Counted from the first letter of the stretch, positions 47,600 to 57,002 are shown. The stretch: 64,000 bases of DNA from an uncultured Acidobacteriaceae bacterium (GCA_963813205.1 CAWEYI010000028.1:1038-65037), one strand, 5' to 3'. Numbers and translations are program-made. The notes: generated from the sequence alone by a model not told the origin.

Positions 47600-50530
47600 T
47601 CAACGGCCGCCGCCAATCCCTTTCAACACCACGCTGCACCGCTCACACACCGTCGGATAATCCTTATCCTCGCCCACATGCGTCGAATAATTCCAACAGC
47701 GCTCGCACTTGGCTCCATCCGCTTTTTTCACTTCCACATGCACCCCGCCCGTGCCATTGCCCGAGCCTTGCGCCAGCGTAACCGCCGAAACTATAAATAA
47801 ATAGCGCAACTGATCTGCATGTCGCGACAACACAGAATAAACCGGATCGGCGGCTCCGATAATTACCTGCGCCTCCAACCCCGTACCGATCAACTTATTA
47901 TTGCGCGCCTCTTCCAGCGCCTTGAGCACTTCGTCGCGCACCGCGCGCAGCGTTGTCCAATCATCGCCGCCGCCGTCCTTCACCGAACTCTCACCCAGGA
48001 TTTCCTCTGCCGACGGAAATAATTCCAGATGCACACTTGGTTTACCCCCTTCGATCTTCGGCAAATAATCCCAAACTTCTTCCGAAGTAAAACTCATGAT
48101 CGGCGCCAGCAATCGCACCAGCGCTTCGCCAATCCTCCAGATCGCCGTCTGCGCGCTGCGCCGTGCCTGAGATTTCGGCGCAGAAATATAAAGCCGATCC
48201 TTGAGCACATCAAAATAAAACGCGCTCAAATCCACAATGCAAAAGTGATTCAGCCGGTGATAAATCCTGTGAAATGCGAACTCCTTGTAAGACGCCCGCA
48301 CCTCATCGGCAAACGCCAATGTCTGCCGCAGCATGTACTGATCCAGCCCTTCCATGCTCTCGAACCGAACCGCATCCGTCTCCGGATTAAAATCTCCCAG
48401 ATTGCCCAGCACATAACGGAACGTATTGCGAATCTTCCGATAATTTTCCGCGATGCGCAGCATCAGCTTCTCCGACCCCACCACATCCTCGCGAAAATCA
48501 ACCGACGCTACCCACAACCGCACCACTTCCGCGCCCAGCCGGTCCGAAATATCCACCGGATCAACGTCGTTCCCGCGCGACTTCGACATGGCCTGGCCCT
48601 TTTCATCCAGCGTCCATCCCGGCGTCACCACTTCTTTATACGGAGGCGTTCCCCGCGTCCCCATCCCGCACAGCAGTGACGACTGAAACCACCCGCGGTA
48701 TTGATCCCCACCTTCTAGATACAAATCAGAGGGCCAAGGATACGTTGGCTCGTCGGAAATCAACGCCAGATAGCTCGCGCCCGATTCCAGCCACACATCA
48801 AAAATGTCCGTCTCTTTCTCAAACTTGGTCGCGCCGCAATGCTGGCACTTTGCACTCGCCGGAAGAATCGAGTTCGATTCCGGCGTAAACCAAGCATCCG
48901 CTCCTGAGCGCGCAAACAACTCCACCACTTTCCGATTCACAGCCGGATCATTCAACGGCTTGCCGCAACTCTCGCAAAGAAACACGGCGATCGGAACGCC
49001 CCACACCCGCTGCCGCGAAATGCACCAATCCGGCCGCGTCGCGATCATGTTCGACATCCGCTCTTCGCCCCACGCCGGGTCCCATTTCACATACTTGATG
49101 TCTTCCAGCGTGCGTTTGCGCAACGTGTCTTCTTCCGACTTCCCGCCCGGCATCGGCGTCTCCATCGAAATAAACCACTGCTCCGTCGCCCGAAAAATTA
49201 TCGGATTATGACACCGCCAGCAATGCGGATAAGAATGCTCCGTCTTCTCCGTATGCAGCAGCGCCCCGCGCTTCTTCAGCAATTCGATGATCGGCTGGTT
49301 CGCATCCCAAACGCGCAGCCCGGCGTACTCCGCCAGTCCGTTACGCAGAATGCCTTTCTCGTCCACATTGCTGGTCGCGTCCAGTCCATACTTCACACCG
49401 GTAATAAAGTCTTCCGCGCCGTGCGAAGGCGCCGTATGCACCACTCCGGTCCCGGTATCCATGGTGACGTACTCCGCCAGCACGCCGAGAATCTTCCGAT
49501 CCAGAAATGGATGCTGAAAATTCAGCCGCTCCATCTTGCGTCCAGGAAAACGCGCAATCTCCCGCGCATCCGCCAGCCCGCACTTCTCCGCCACATCCTT
49601 CGCCAGCTTCGCCGCGACGATGAAAACTTCACTATCTGGGGTGCCCCACGTCTCGCTTCCTTTGCGAGACATGGGAACTTCTAATCCCACATACTCTTCA
49701 TCCGGATGAAACGCCACCGCCATCGACGCCGGCAGCGTCCACGGAGTAGTCGTCCAGATAATGGTCGAAACTTTTTTTCCCGCCAGCGCCGCATCAATCT
49801 TCCCCGGATCATCCAGCAGCGCGTACTTCACATAAACCGTCGGGCTGGTGTGATTCTCATACTCAACCTCGGCCTCGGCCAGCGCCGTCTCGTCATGCAT
49901 GCACCAGTAAACCGCGCGCAGCCCCTTGTAGACGAATCCATTCTCGTAAAACGAAAAGAAAGTCGACAGCACCACCGACTCATACTGCGGATTCATCGTC
50001 GCGTACGGACGATCAAATCTCCCAAAAACTCCAATCCGCTTGAATTGCTGCCGTTGCAAATCCAAAAACTTCTGCGCATACTTCCGGCATTCCGCGCGTA
50101 CGTCGAGCGGCCGCATCTGCAACTTCTTCCCGCCCAGCTCCTTATCCACCTTGATTTCAATCGGCAACCCATGGCAATCCCACCCTGGCACATACGGCGC
50201 ATCAAATCCCGCCATCGTCTTCGATTTGACGATGAAATCTTTCAAACACTTATTCAGCGCCGTCCCCATATGGATGGGCCCGCTGGTATAAGGCGGCCCA
50301 TCGTGCAGAATGTAAGTCGGCGATCCCTTGCGCGCCTCCCGGATGCGCTCGTAGATCCGCGCCTCCTCCCACCGGGCCAGCATTTTCGGCTCATTCTGCG
50401 GCAGATTGGCCTTCATCGGAAAGGCGGTTTTAGGCAGATTAATCGTGGATTTCAGTTCGAGCGGCACTCTTTCGGCTTCTCCCAATGCGTGAATCTCTTC
50501 ATTATAGGGAGCGTCGCCGCGAACGTCCAT
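47600..50530 (-). CDS. ileS: Isoleucine--tRNA ligase
   Basis: PYTSGPIHMGTALNK (HIGH), AMSKSRGN (KMSKS), C-terminal zinc fingers CERCW...CERC. Start set at ATG 50530 (MDVRGD...LPKTAFPMKANLPQNEP), because upstream codons run through a repeat. Confidence 0.92.
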   Translation of the reverse strand: MDVRGDAPYNEEIHALGEAERVPLELKSTINLPKTAFPMKANLPQNEPKMLARWEEARIYERIREARKGSPTYILHDGPPYTSGPIHMGTALNKCLKDFIVKSKTMAGFDAPYVPGWDCHGLPIEIKVDKELGGKKLQMRPLDVRAECRKYAQKFLDLQRQQFKRIGVFGRFDRPYATMNPQYESVVLSTFFSFYENGFVYKGLRAVYWCMHDETALAEAEVEYENHTSPTVYVKYALLDDPGKIDAALAGKKVSTIIWTTTPWTLPASMAVAFHPDEEYVGLEVPMSRKGSETWGTPDSEVFIVAAKLAKDVAEKCGLADAREIARFPGRKMERLNFQHPFLDRKILGVLAEYVTMDTGTGVVHTAPSHGAEDFITGVKYGLDATSNVDEKGILRNGLAEYAGLRVWDANQPIIELLKKRGALLHTEKTEHSYPHCWRCHNPIIFRATEQWFISMETPMPGGKSEEDTLRKRTLEDIKYVKWDPAWGEERMSNMIATRPDWCISRQRVWGVPIAVFLCESCGKPLNDPAVNRKVVELFARSGADAWFTPESNSILPASAKCQHCGATKFEKETDIFDVWLESGASYLALISDEPTYPWPSDLYLEGGDQYRGWFQSSLLCGMGTRGTPPYKEVVTPGWTLDEKGQAMSKSRGNDVDPVDISDRLGAEVVRLWVASVDFREDVVGSEKLMLRIAENYRKIRNTFRYVLGNLGDFNPETDAVRFESMEGLDQYMLRQTLAFADEVRASYKEFAFHRIYHRLNHFCIVDLSAFYFDVLKDRLYISAPKSQARRSAQTAIWRIGEALVRLLAPIMSFTSEEVWDYLPKIEGGKPSVHLELFPSAEEILGESSVKDGGGDDWTTLRAVRDEVLKALEEARNNKLIGTGLEAQVIIGAADPVYSVLSRHADQLRYLFIVSAVTLAQGSGNGTGGVHVEVKKADGAKCERCWNYSTHVGEDKDYPTVCERCSVVLKGIGGGR
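49638..49675 (-). repeat. REP-like hairpin element inside the ileS coding sequence (in frame)
   Basis: Coding strand CCCATGTCTCGC-AAAGGAA-GCGAGACGTGGG-GCACCCC, encoding PMSRKGSETWGTP. Confidence 0.7.
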
Positions 50531-50552
50531 GAACCCCCACTCCTGAAGCTTT

Positions 50553-50585
50553 ACCCCGTGCACCCCTGTGACCTCCGTGTTAAAG
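50553..50585. repeat. Family C repeat copy (partial), upstream of ileS
   Basis: CCCCGTGCACCCCTGTGACCTCCGTGTTAAAG. Confidence 0.45.
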
Positions 50586-50825
50586 ATTTTGATTTCCCTT
50601 TCCAGCACCCCCCGAAATACACTTCGTAAACTACCCAAAGAAGAGGTACAATTTTCCAAACAGGCAAATGGACGTTAACCTTTGCCCAGTGCGGTCGCTA
50701 AATTCCACAACGAGCCGTAGCCTTACAGGCAACTCGCTGGAAAGACTCTTCATCTGTGTTGAGCAGGGCGTCGGGCCGAGCGCAGTGCACTCACCGTCCG
50801 ACCTGGGAAAGCCGAATCGGGGAAC

Positions 50826-51821
50826 ATGTCATCTGTAGAAGTGAATCCGACACCAGCCGAAAAAGAGCCGGAGCTTCATCTCCTGCTCGCTCCCGACACC
50901 TTCGAGCCTCTGTACAAGTCCCTCTTCCGCGGCTTGGACGATTTCTTTTTCCCCAAGAAACTTCCGCCCCTCAAGCTGGAATCGAAGCCCATTCCGGTCA
51001 AGGATATCTGGGGTTTTTACAACTACAAAAAGAATGGCGTCCTCGGTTCCACCGCTGCTCACGTTGTAGTGCTCGCACTCATCATCGGCGGAACCATTTG
51101 GGCCCACCGCTGGGTCACTAAAGCCCAGGCCAAGCCGCAGACCGTCACCACAGCCCTGATCGATCCCGGCGATTACTCGCTAAAGCCCGCCAAAACCCAA
51201 GCCGGGGGCGGTGGAGGCGGTGGCGACCGCGACGTCCTCCAGGCTTCCCGAGGCAAGCTTCCCAAGTTCTCCATGCAGCAGATCACTCCGCCCACTGCGG
51301 TCATCCGAAATTTCAACCCCAAGCTCGCGGTTGAGCCAACGGTCATCGTTCCGCCTGAAATCAAAGTGGCAATGAATAACTTGCCAAACCTCGGCGACCC
51401 CAAATCCTCCGCCATCATCCCGTCGAATGGAACCGGCTACGGCTCTGGAATCGGCTCAGGCAGCGGCGGTGGCGTCGGCTCCGGCAACGGCCCAGGCGTA
51501 GGCCCCGGCGAGGGCGGTGGTATGGGCGGCGGCATTTTCCGTCCCGGCCGCGGAGTCACTCCACCGCGCCCCATCTATTCTCCCGATCCGGAATTTTCCG
51601 AAGAAGCCCGCAAAGCCAAGTACCAGGGCACGTGCACTCTGATGATCGTCGTCGATACCGACGGCAAGCCCACGAATCTCCGCGTCGTGAACTCCCTGGG
51701 CATGGGCCTCGACGAAAAGGCGCTCGAGACGGTCAAAACCTGGCGCTTCGAACCCGGCAAGAAAGACGGCCATCCCGTCAAAGTCGAAATGGCCGTCGAA
51801 GTCGATTTCCACCTGTACTGA
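50826..51821 (+). CDS. tonB: Energy transducer TonB
   Basis: N-terminal TM helix (VLGSTAAHVVVLALIIGG), Gly-rich linker, C-terminal PIYSPDPEFSEEARKAKYQGTCTLMIVVDTDGKP...VKTWRFEPG. Confidence 0.85.
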   Translation: MSSVEVNPTPAEKEPELHLLLAPDTFEPLYKSLFRGLDDFFFPKKLPPLKLESKPIPVKDIWGFYNYKKNGVLGSTAAHVVVLALIIGGTIWAHRWVTKAQAKPQTVTTALIDPGDYSLKPAKTQAGGGGGGGDRDVLQASRGKLPKFSMQQITPPTAVIRNFNPKLAVEPTVIVPPEIKVAMNNLPNLGDPKSSAIIPSNGTGYGSGIGSGSGGGVGSGNGPGVGPGEGGGMGGGIFRPGRGVTPPRPIYSPDPEFSEEARKAKYQGTCTLMIVVDTDGKPTNLRVVNSLGMGLDEKALETVKTWRFEPGKKDGHPVKVEMAVEVDFHLY

Positions 51822-51882
51822 GTTTGAGCTCCAAGTTTTTGGTCCGAGCTTTGGCTCCAACGAACCCAGACTCCTAAATCAA

Positions 51883-52073
51883 CCTGTCATTCCGACCGGA
51901 GCCCGAGCGCCAGCGAGGGCGCAGCGGAGGAACCTGCTTGTCCGGGTCAGAAGCTCAAAACAGCGGTCAGAAGCTCAAAACAGCGGTTTCTCTTGAACGC
52001 CTGCACAACCGTGGAAGAGCGGCGCTTCAGCGCCTCGCTTAAAGAGCAAAGCTCACGAGGGCTTTTAGGCGCC
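51883..52073. repeat. Composite repeat copy 1 (family A head plus family B tail), contains a perfect 20-bp tandem duplication at 51946-51985
   Basis: CTGTCATTCCGACCGGAGCCCGAGCGCCAGCGAGGGCGCAGCGGAGGAACCTGC ... CACAACCGTGGAAGAGCGGCGCTTCAGCGCC... Tandem unit GTCAGAAGCTCAAAACAGCG x2. Confidence 0.75.
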
Positions 52074-52095
52074 AAGCACTCCGACCTCTCCTCAA

Positions 52096-52264
52096 ACTGT
52101 CATTCCGACCGGAGCCCCGAGCGCGAGCGAGGGCGCAGTGGAGGAACCTGCTGTCCTCTACAGCGCCACGAAAGAGCGCTGTTTCCCAAATGCTCGCACA
52201 ACCGTGGAAGAGCGGCGCTTCAGCGCCGCGTAAAGCGGCAAAAAGATGTGGGCTTTAGCCCCTG
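52096..52264. repeat. Composite repeat copy 2 (A head plus B tail), abuts the murI stop
   Basis: CTGTCATTCCGACCGGAGCCCCGAGCGCGAGCGAGGGCGCAGTGGAGGAACCTGC ... CACAACCGTGGAAGAGCGGCGCTTCAGCGCCGCG ... GGGCTTTAGCCCC. Confidence 0.75.
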
Positions 52265-53086
52265 CTACTCCTTCAAATCCACATGCACCACGTTTTCGAT
52301 AGCGCGCCCCAAAAATCGCTCCCCCAACCTTCGAAACTTTTCCACCGAATCCGTAGCAAAGAATTTAATCCGCGGAACCGCCCGCCGCTCCTCGCCCGAC
52401 GCTGAAGCCAAGAGCCCCTGCAGTCGTCCCGCCACCACCCGCGCCGTCGATTCCGCCGAATCCACAATGCTCACATGCTCCGGCGCCGCCCGCCGCAACA
52501 CTGTCTTGAGCAAAGGATAATGCGTGCACCCCAGCACCAGCGCATCCGCGTCATGAAATCCATCGGCAAACGCCTCTGACAAATAGATCCCAGCAACTTC
52601 TTCGGTCACGGGATGCTCCACCCACCCCTCCTCGACCAACGGCACCAGCAGAGGACATGCCTTCTCCCGCGCCTCAACCCCCCGCGCCTCCAGCGCCCGC
52701 TTGTAAGCATGGCTGCTCACCGTAGCTTCAGTTCCAACGACCACCACTTTTTTCTTCTTGCTCACCGCAGCCGCCGCCTCGGCCCCCGGTTCCACCACCC
52801 CGACAACGGGTACATGCGCCGCCGCAACGATTCGATCCAGCGCCAGCGCCGTCGCCGTGTTACAGGCAATCACCAAGACCTGCGCTCCGTGTCTCTCGAG
52901 AAAATGCGCCGCCTCTACCGCATACCGGGCCACCGTCTCCACCGATTTCGACCCATAAGGCAGCCTCGCCGTATCCCCAAAGTAGAGATATTCGGCGTTA
53001 GGAATTAGTTCAAGTAAAGCTTTAAGAACAGTCAGCCCGCCAAAGCCAGAGTCAAATACGCCGATAGTAGGACGCCGAATCGCCAT
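52265..53086 (-). CDS. murI: Glutamate racemase
   Basis: GVFDSGFGGLTV, IACNTA and LGCTHYPL (the two catalytic Cys contexts). Confidence 0.92.
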   Translation of the reverse strand: MAIRRPTIGVFDSGFGGLTVLKALLELIPNAEYLYFGDTARLPYGSKSVETVARYAVEAAHFLERHGAQVLVIACNTATALALDRIVAAAHVPVVGVVEPGAEAAAAVSKKKKVVVVGTEATVSSHAYKRALEARGVEAREKACPLLVPLVEEGWVEHPVTEEVAGIYLSEAFADGFHDADALVLGCTHYPLLKTVLRRAAPEHVSIVDSAESTARVVAGRLQGLLASASGEERRAVPRIKFFATDSVEKFRRLGERFLGRAIENVVHVDLKE

Positions 53087-53139
53087 AGTCGAAACCGATC
53101 ATAACAGTGCTCGAGAATTGCCGGGATGTCTCCAATCAA

Positions 53140-53326
53140 ATTGTCATTCCGACCGGAGCCCGAGCGTCGGCGAGGGCGCAGTGGAGGAACCGCTGTTAGC
53201 CGGCTCGACCGAGTTGCTTGTATGAAGGCCGAAGAGAATTGCTCGCAGGAAGGCTCGCACAACCGTGGACGAGCGGCGCTTTAGCGCCGCGCAACTGCAA
53301 GAAAAATGCGGGGGCTTCAGCCCCCC
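53140..53326. repeat. Composite repeat copy 3 (A head plus B tail), overlaps the last codons of the ABC-DtxR ORF
   Basis: TTGTCATTCCGACCGGAGCCCGAGCGTCGGCGAGGGCGCAGTGGAGGAAC ... CACAACCGTGGACGAGCGGCGCTTTAGCGCCGCG ... GGGGCTTCAGCCCCC. Confidence 0.75.
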
Positions 53327-54600
53327 AGAGTTCTCGAACGCTCCCCGCGCACGGAACTCGTAGTCGCCGCAAACTCTGAACCCGCGCAACACCCCCCCGG
53401 CGGGATCGGCGCCCCATGCGGGCAAGTCCGCGGATGTCCCAAAAACGCGCAAATCTTATCAGTAGCCTCGGGCGACAAAATATGCTCAAACTTGCAAGCC
53501 TGCTGCTCAATTTCCGATTCGCTATCCATCGCCAGACTATCGGTAAACAGCCGCTCCGCCAATCGATGCCGTCGGATAATGCTTCCCGCCCGTTCACGCC
53601 CGCGCTCCGTGAGCTCCACAATCAAAGTTCCATCGCCCAGCGAAGCCGAAACAGGTTTCAACGCATCGTGGCAAGGATTCACAAAAGGCTTGTGTCCATG
53701 CGCCAGCGGAGGATGCGGAGCCGAAACCACCAGCCCCATCTGCATCATCTTCTCAATCGCCAGGCTCACCGGCAGCGCTCCGTGCACCTCCATGCGCTCC
53801 ACTTCTGCGATCTCGCCGTGCTCGCCCAGCACCCACAACTCCTCGAGCACTTCATCGAACTGCTCTTCATCGGCCATCGCAAATACTTCCTGCGATTCGA
53901 TCTTGCCGTGATGAAATTCAATGCGCCGATCGGCCAGCCGCGCCACTACGGGGTCATGCGTGACCATCACAATCGTGCGTCCTTGCTGATGAAACTCACG
54001 CAGTAGCCGCAGCACAATTTCTTCATTCACCGCATCCAGATTGCCTGTCGGCTCATCCGCCAGAATAATCTTCGGATCATTAATCAAAGCCCGCGCAATG
54101 CAAACCCTCTGCTGCTCACCACCCGAAAGTTGCGACGGCAAGTGATGCGCCCGATCGCCCAGTCCCACCCGGGCCAGCGCCTCACTCGCTTCTTTCTCAT
54201 CCGTCATGCTGTGAAAATACTGCGCCAGCATCACGTTCTCCACCGCCGTGAGAAAAGGAATCAGATGAAACTGCTGAAAAATAAATCCAATCTTCTCCGA
54301 CCGGACGCGATTCAGTTCGGCAGCAGAAATCCCCGCCACGTTCTGCCCATCCAGCCAGATCTCCCCCGAGGTCGGCCGATCCAGGCATCCAATCAAATTC
54401 ACCAGCGTCGATTTCCCCGACCCCGACGGCCCCATAATCGAAAGCCATTCTCCCTGCGCCACATGCAGTGAAATATGATCCAGCGCACGAATTGCATCAC
54501 TGGGGGTGCCCCACTTCTCGCTCCTTTTGCGAGAAGTGGGATCATGCGCAGCCGAAGCCTTACCTGGGTAGAGCTTGGTCACGTCTTTGATCTGTATCAT
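53317..54600 (-). CDS. ABC transporter ATP-binding protein (MacB/LolD-like) fused to a DtxR/MntR-type metalloregulator module
   Basis: Residues 1-240: Walker [10 protein letters not shown], signature LSGGEQQR, Walker [13 protein letters not shown]-loop VTHD. From residue about 242: [22 protein letters not shown]... then [27 protein letters not shown]...[36 protein letters not shown], the DtxR-family dimerisation and metal-binding signature. Confidence 0.8.
   Translation of the reverse strand: MIQIKDVTKLYPGKASAAHDPTSRKRSEKWGTPSDAIRALDHISLHVAQGEWLSIMGPSGSGKSTLVNLIGCLDRPTSGEIWLDGQNVAGISAAELNRVRSEKIGFIFQQFHLIPFLTAVENVMLAQYFHSMTDEKEASEALARVGLGDRAHHLPSQLSGGEQQRVCIARALINDPKIILADEPTGNLDAVNEEIVLRLLREFHQQGRTIVMVTHDPVVARLADRRIEFHHGKIESQEVFAMADEEQFDEVLEELWVLGEHGEIAEVERMEVHGALPVSLAIEKMMQMGLVVSAPHPPLAHGHKPFVNPCHDALKPVSASLGDGTLIVELTERGRERAGSIIRRHRLAERLFTDSLAMDSESEIEQQACKFEHILSPEATDKICAFLGHPRTCPHGAPIPPGGCCAGSEFAATTSSVRGERSRTLGG
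54502..54540 (-). repeat. REP-like hairpin element inside the ABC ATPase coding sequence (in frame)
   Basis: Coding strand CCCACTTCTCGC-AAAAGGA-GCGAGAAGTGGG-GCACCCCC (perfect 12-bp stem), encoding [13 protein letters not shown] between beta-strands 1 and 2 of the NBD. Confidence 0.7.
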
Positions 54601-54601
54601 T

Positions 54602-55741
54602 TCAATCTCCCCGCAAAATAACCGCCGGCTGCACTCGCCGCAACATGGAAATCGGCAGGATCGCCGCCAGCAAAGTGACCGCTATGCTACCAGCCAGAAT
54701 AAAAGGTAAAACACTAAATCGTGGAGCCACCGATGCATGGAAATTTACCCTTCCAATCCATGCCGCAATCCCGATGCCCAAAACAAATCCGATCACCGCC
54801 CCGGTCGCGCCCAGCGCCGCCGCCTCTGCGGCAAAGAATCCATTTAGCATCCCATCCGATGCGCCTAGCGCCTTCAAAATAGCAAAGTCTCGCCGGCGGT
54901 CAAATACCCATCCCATCAACGTTGAGAGTACGCACAGCGCCGCAGTCAAAATAATCAGCGCCGCTGTTACCAGCAGCGTCGCCCGCGTCTTGCCCAGCAC
55001 CCGCGCTTCGCCCTCCATAATCTGCCGCACCGGACGCACCTCCGCCGCCGGAATCGCACTTTGCAGTTGCTGCAGAATCGCGCCGATCTCCTCCGGCGAT
55101 CCGCTCGCCGCAACTTCAATCGTCGAAGGTTGCACTCCAGTCCAGGCAACGAAATCCGCGAGTGAAACATACACCCGGCTGTCTTCCGCCGCGCCTGTCT
55201 CCACCTTGCCCGCAGGTGTCAGCAGAATCTTATGTCCCTGAAACTTAAGATCGAAATTTTGATTCTTCGGCGACACCACCGCGAGCGCCCGAACTCCCAC
55301 CAGTGCCTGCTGCGGACCCGAAGGCCACTGGCTCACCGACCACCAATGATCCAACTGCCGCACCCGCCCAAAGTCCGTTCCCGCCACCACCACCGATTCT
55401 CCGGCATCGGTTCGCGCCACCACCAGCCCGAACGGAGCCACCACCCCACGGTTCCCGAGAACCGATTCCACCTGCGCCAAAGCGTCAGCGGGAAGGGAAC
55501 CGCCGTCCTTTCCTACTACAACAATATTCGCTCCATAGTTGCGGAATTCCCGCCGCAACTTGGCCTGCACATCGACATAAAGATTCAACACGGCAGTTGC
55601 TACCGCAGCCGCTACCACCATGGCAAACAGCGCTGAGAGCGCCCGTCCCCGCCGCAGCACCGCCGCCCGCACCAGCATACGCATCAACATCGACGTATGC
55701 GGAGATCCCTTCCGCCTCGACGCTACTTCCCGCGCATTCAC
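54602..55741 (-). CDS. ABC transporter permease, FtsX/MacB-like
   Basis: N-terminal TM, large periplasmic domain, C-terminal 3-TM FtsX module (DFAILKALGASDG...). GTGA overlap with the upstream stop. Alternative start at ATG 55690. Confidence 0.8.
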   Translation of the reverse strand: MNAREVASRRKGSPHTSMLMRMLVRAAVLRRGRALSALFAMVVAAAVATAVLNLYVDVQAKLRREFRNYGANIVVVGKDGGSLPADALAQVESVLGNRGVVAPFGLVVARTDAGESVVVAGTDFGRVRQLDHWWSVSQWPSGPQQALVGVRALAVVSPKNQNFDLKFQGHKILLTPAGKVETGAAEDSRVYVSLADFVAWTGVQPSTIEVAASGSPEEIGAILQQLQSAIPAAEVRPVRQIMEGEARVLGKTRATLLVTAALIILTAALCVLSTLMGWVFDRRRDFAILKALGASDGMLNGFFAAEAAALGATGAVIGFVLGIGIAAWIGRVNFHASVAPRFSVLPFILAGSIAVTLLAAILPISMLRRVQPAVILRGD

Positions 55742-57002
55742 AACTCACCCCGCAGCGCAAACACCGGATCCATTCCCACCGCCTTGCGAATCGCCGCCGC
55801 ACTCCCCGCAAATGTGACGATCACCGCGATCACCAGAATTACCGGCAACAGCACCGGCGCAATCGTAATCTCTGAACCAAAAATCGATCTTCCAATCTCA
55901 TGCGCCAGCATTCCGCCAGCCGCAAATCCCACCGCTCCCCCAAGCAACGCCAGCAGTGTCGCCTCGGCAAAAAAGATCGACGCAACCGCAAACCTTCCCG
56001 CGCCCAGAGCCTTCATCAAACCCACTTCTGACCGCCGCTCAAAAATCGCCGTAGCCATCGCCGCCGAAACCGCCAGCGCCGAAGCAAACAGCGCAGCCAG
56101 CGTCACTAAAAAGATGAGACCCTCGATGCGCGTCAGCACCGCGCCCTCATTCTGCGCAACTTGCCGAATCTGCTCCGCATGCGAATTCGGAATCGCCTCC
56201 TGCAACTGAAACGCAATCGACTGCGGATAAGGCGAGCAGTACCACCGGTCATAAATCGCGCCCGATAAACTCTTGGGATCACGTCGTGCCAACGCATCTT
56301 CCGGCTTCGTCAGCGCGCTCACATAAACGCGCTTCACCGCGCCCGGCCTTCCCAGAATTTCCTGCGCCAGCGCAATCGACCCCACCACTTGATCGTCCTC
56401 GCTGCCTCCAGTGGAAAGAATTCCACTCACCCTTAACCGCCGACCGTCTAGCGTAATCTCATCTCCCGCTCGCTCCGAAAGCCGCGCCGCCAGCCGCTCT
56501 CCCAGCAACACATCGCGGGACGAATCCTCCGGCCACGCCCCGGAAACTTTCCACCAGGGGTCAGTCGACCGCACCCCAGTCGTAAATTCTTCTTTGCCAA
56601 AAGAAATCTGCTTGGCGAAGTAAGTGCCAAGCAGCGTAACGTCCTCGGTTTTTCCATCGCGCTCGAGCCAGCCTGCACCGGCAACATCGGAGCAAATCCC
56701 GTAATGTTGTTGTGCCAGAACGTGCCTTTGATTTTGGGCAGATCGGCTTCGTTCAGAAAAGCGCCATCGCTCGGCGGCTTCAAATTCACTCCGCCAATTT
56801 CCACATCCAGCGTATCTTCCTGCGGGGTTACAAGTATGTTCGCGCCAATGGTGCGCAGCTCGTGATTCATCTTGTCGCCAATATCGGTTGCGACTCCAAT
56901 CATCGCCGTCGCTACCGTTACCCCCAGCGTGATCGCCGCGCCCGCCAGCAATTTGCGCCGCTTCTGGCGCCGGAACGATTCGTAGACGAGCCGTACGAAC
57001 AT
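55738..57002 (-). pseudogene. ABC transporter permease, FtsX/MacB-like, frameshift near 56670
   Basis: N-terminus MFVRLVYESFRRQKRRKLLAGAAITLGV...NITGFAPMLPV is in ORF 56448..57002. The continuation (A)GWLERDGKTEDVTLLGTYFAK... to the FtsX C-terminus EVGLMKALGAGR... is in the frame of ORF 55738..58257. The span length is 3n+2. Confidence 0.8.

Noticed and set aside
48029-50629. Several 200-300-aa plus-strand ORFs (48029..48679, 49208..49684, 49706..50629)
   Set aside because: All are antisense to ileS, which has HIGH/KMSKS motifs. They are Arg/His/Pro-rich shadow ORFs.
51883-53326. CRISPR array hypothesis for the clustered repeats around murI (and for the REP cluster at 58.4-61 kb)
   Set aside because: The repeats are 170-190-bp composite units or 40-47-nt REPs in mixed orientation. 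Their irregular spacing contains genes. There is no short direct repeat/spacer periodicity and no cas genes.
53860-53890. The possibility that the ABC-DtxR fusion is only an artefact of a lost stop codon
   Set aside because: This is not fully rejected. The junction is in frame with no nearby alternative-frame stop that fits a normal gene end. However, given the indel load of this sequence, the fusion is reported with that caveat.
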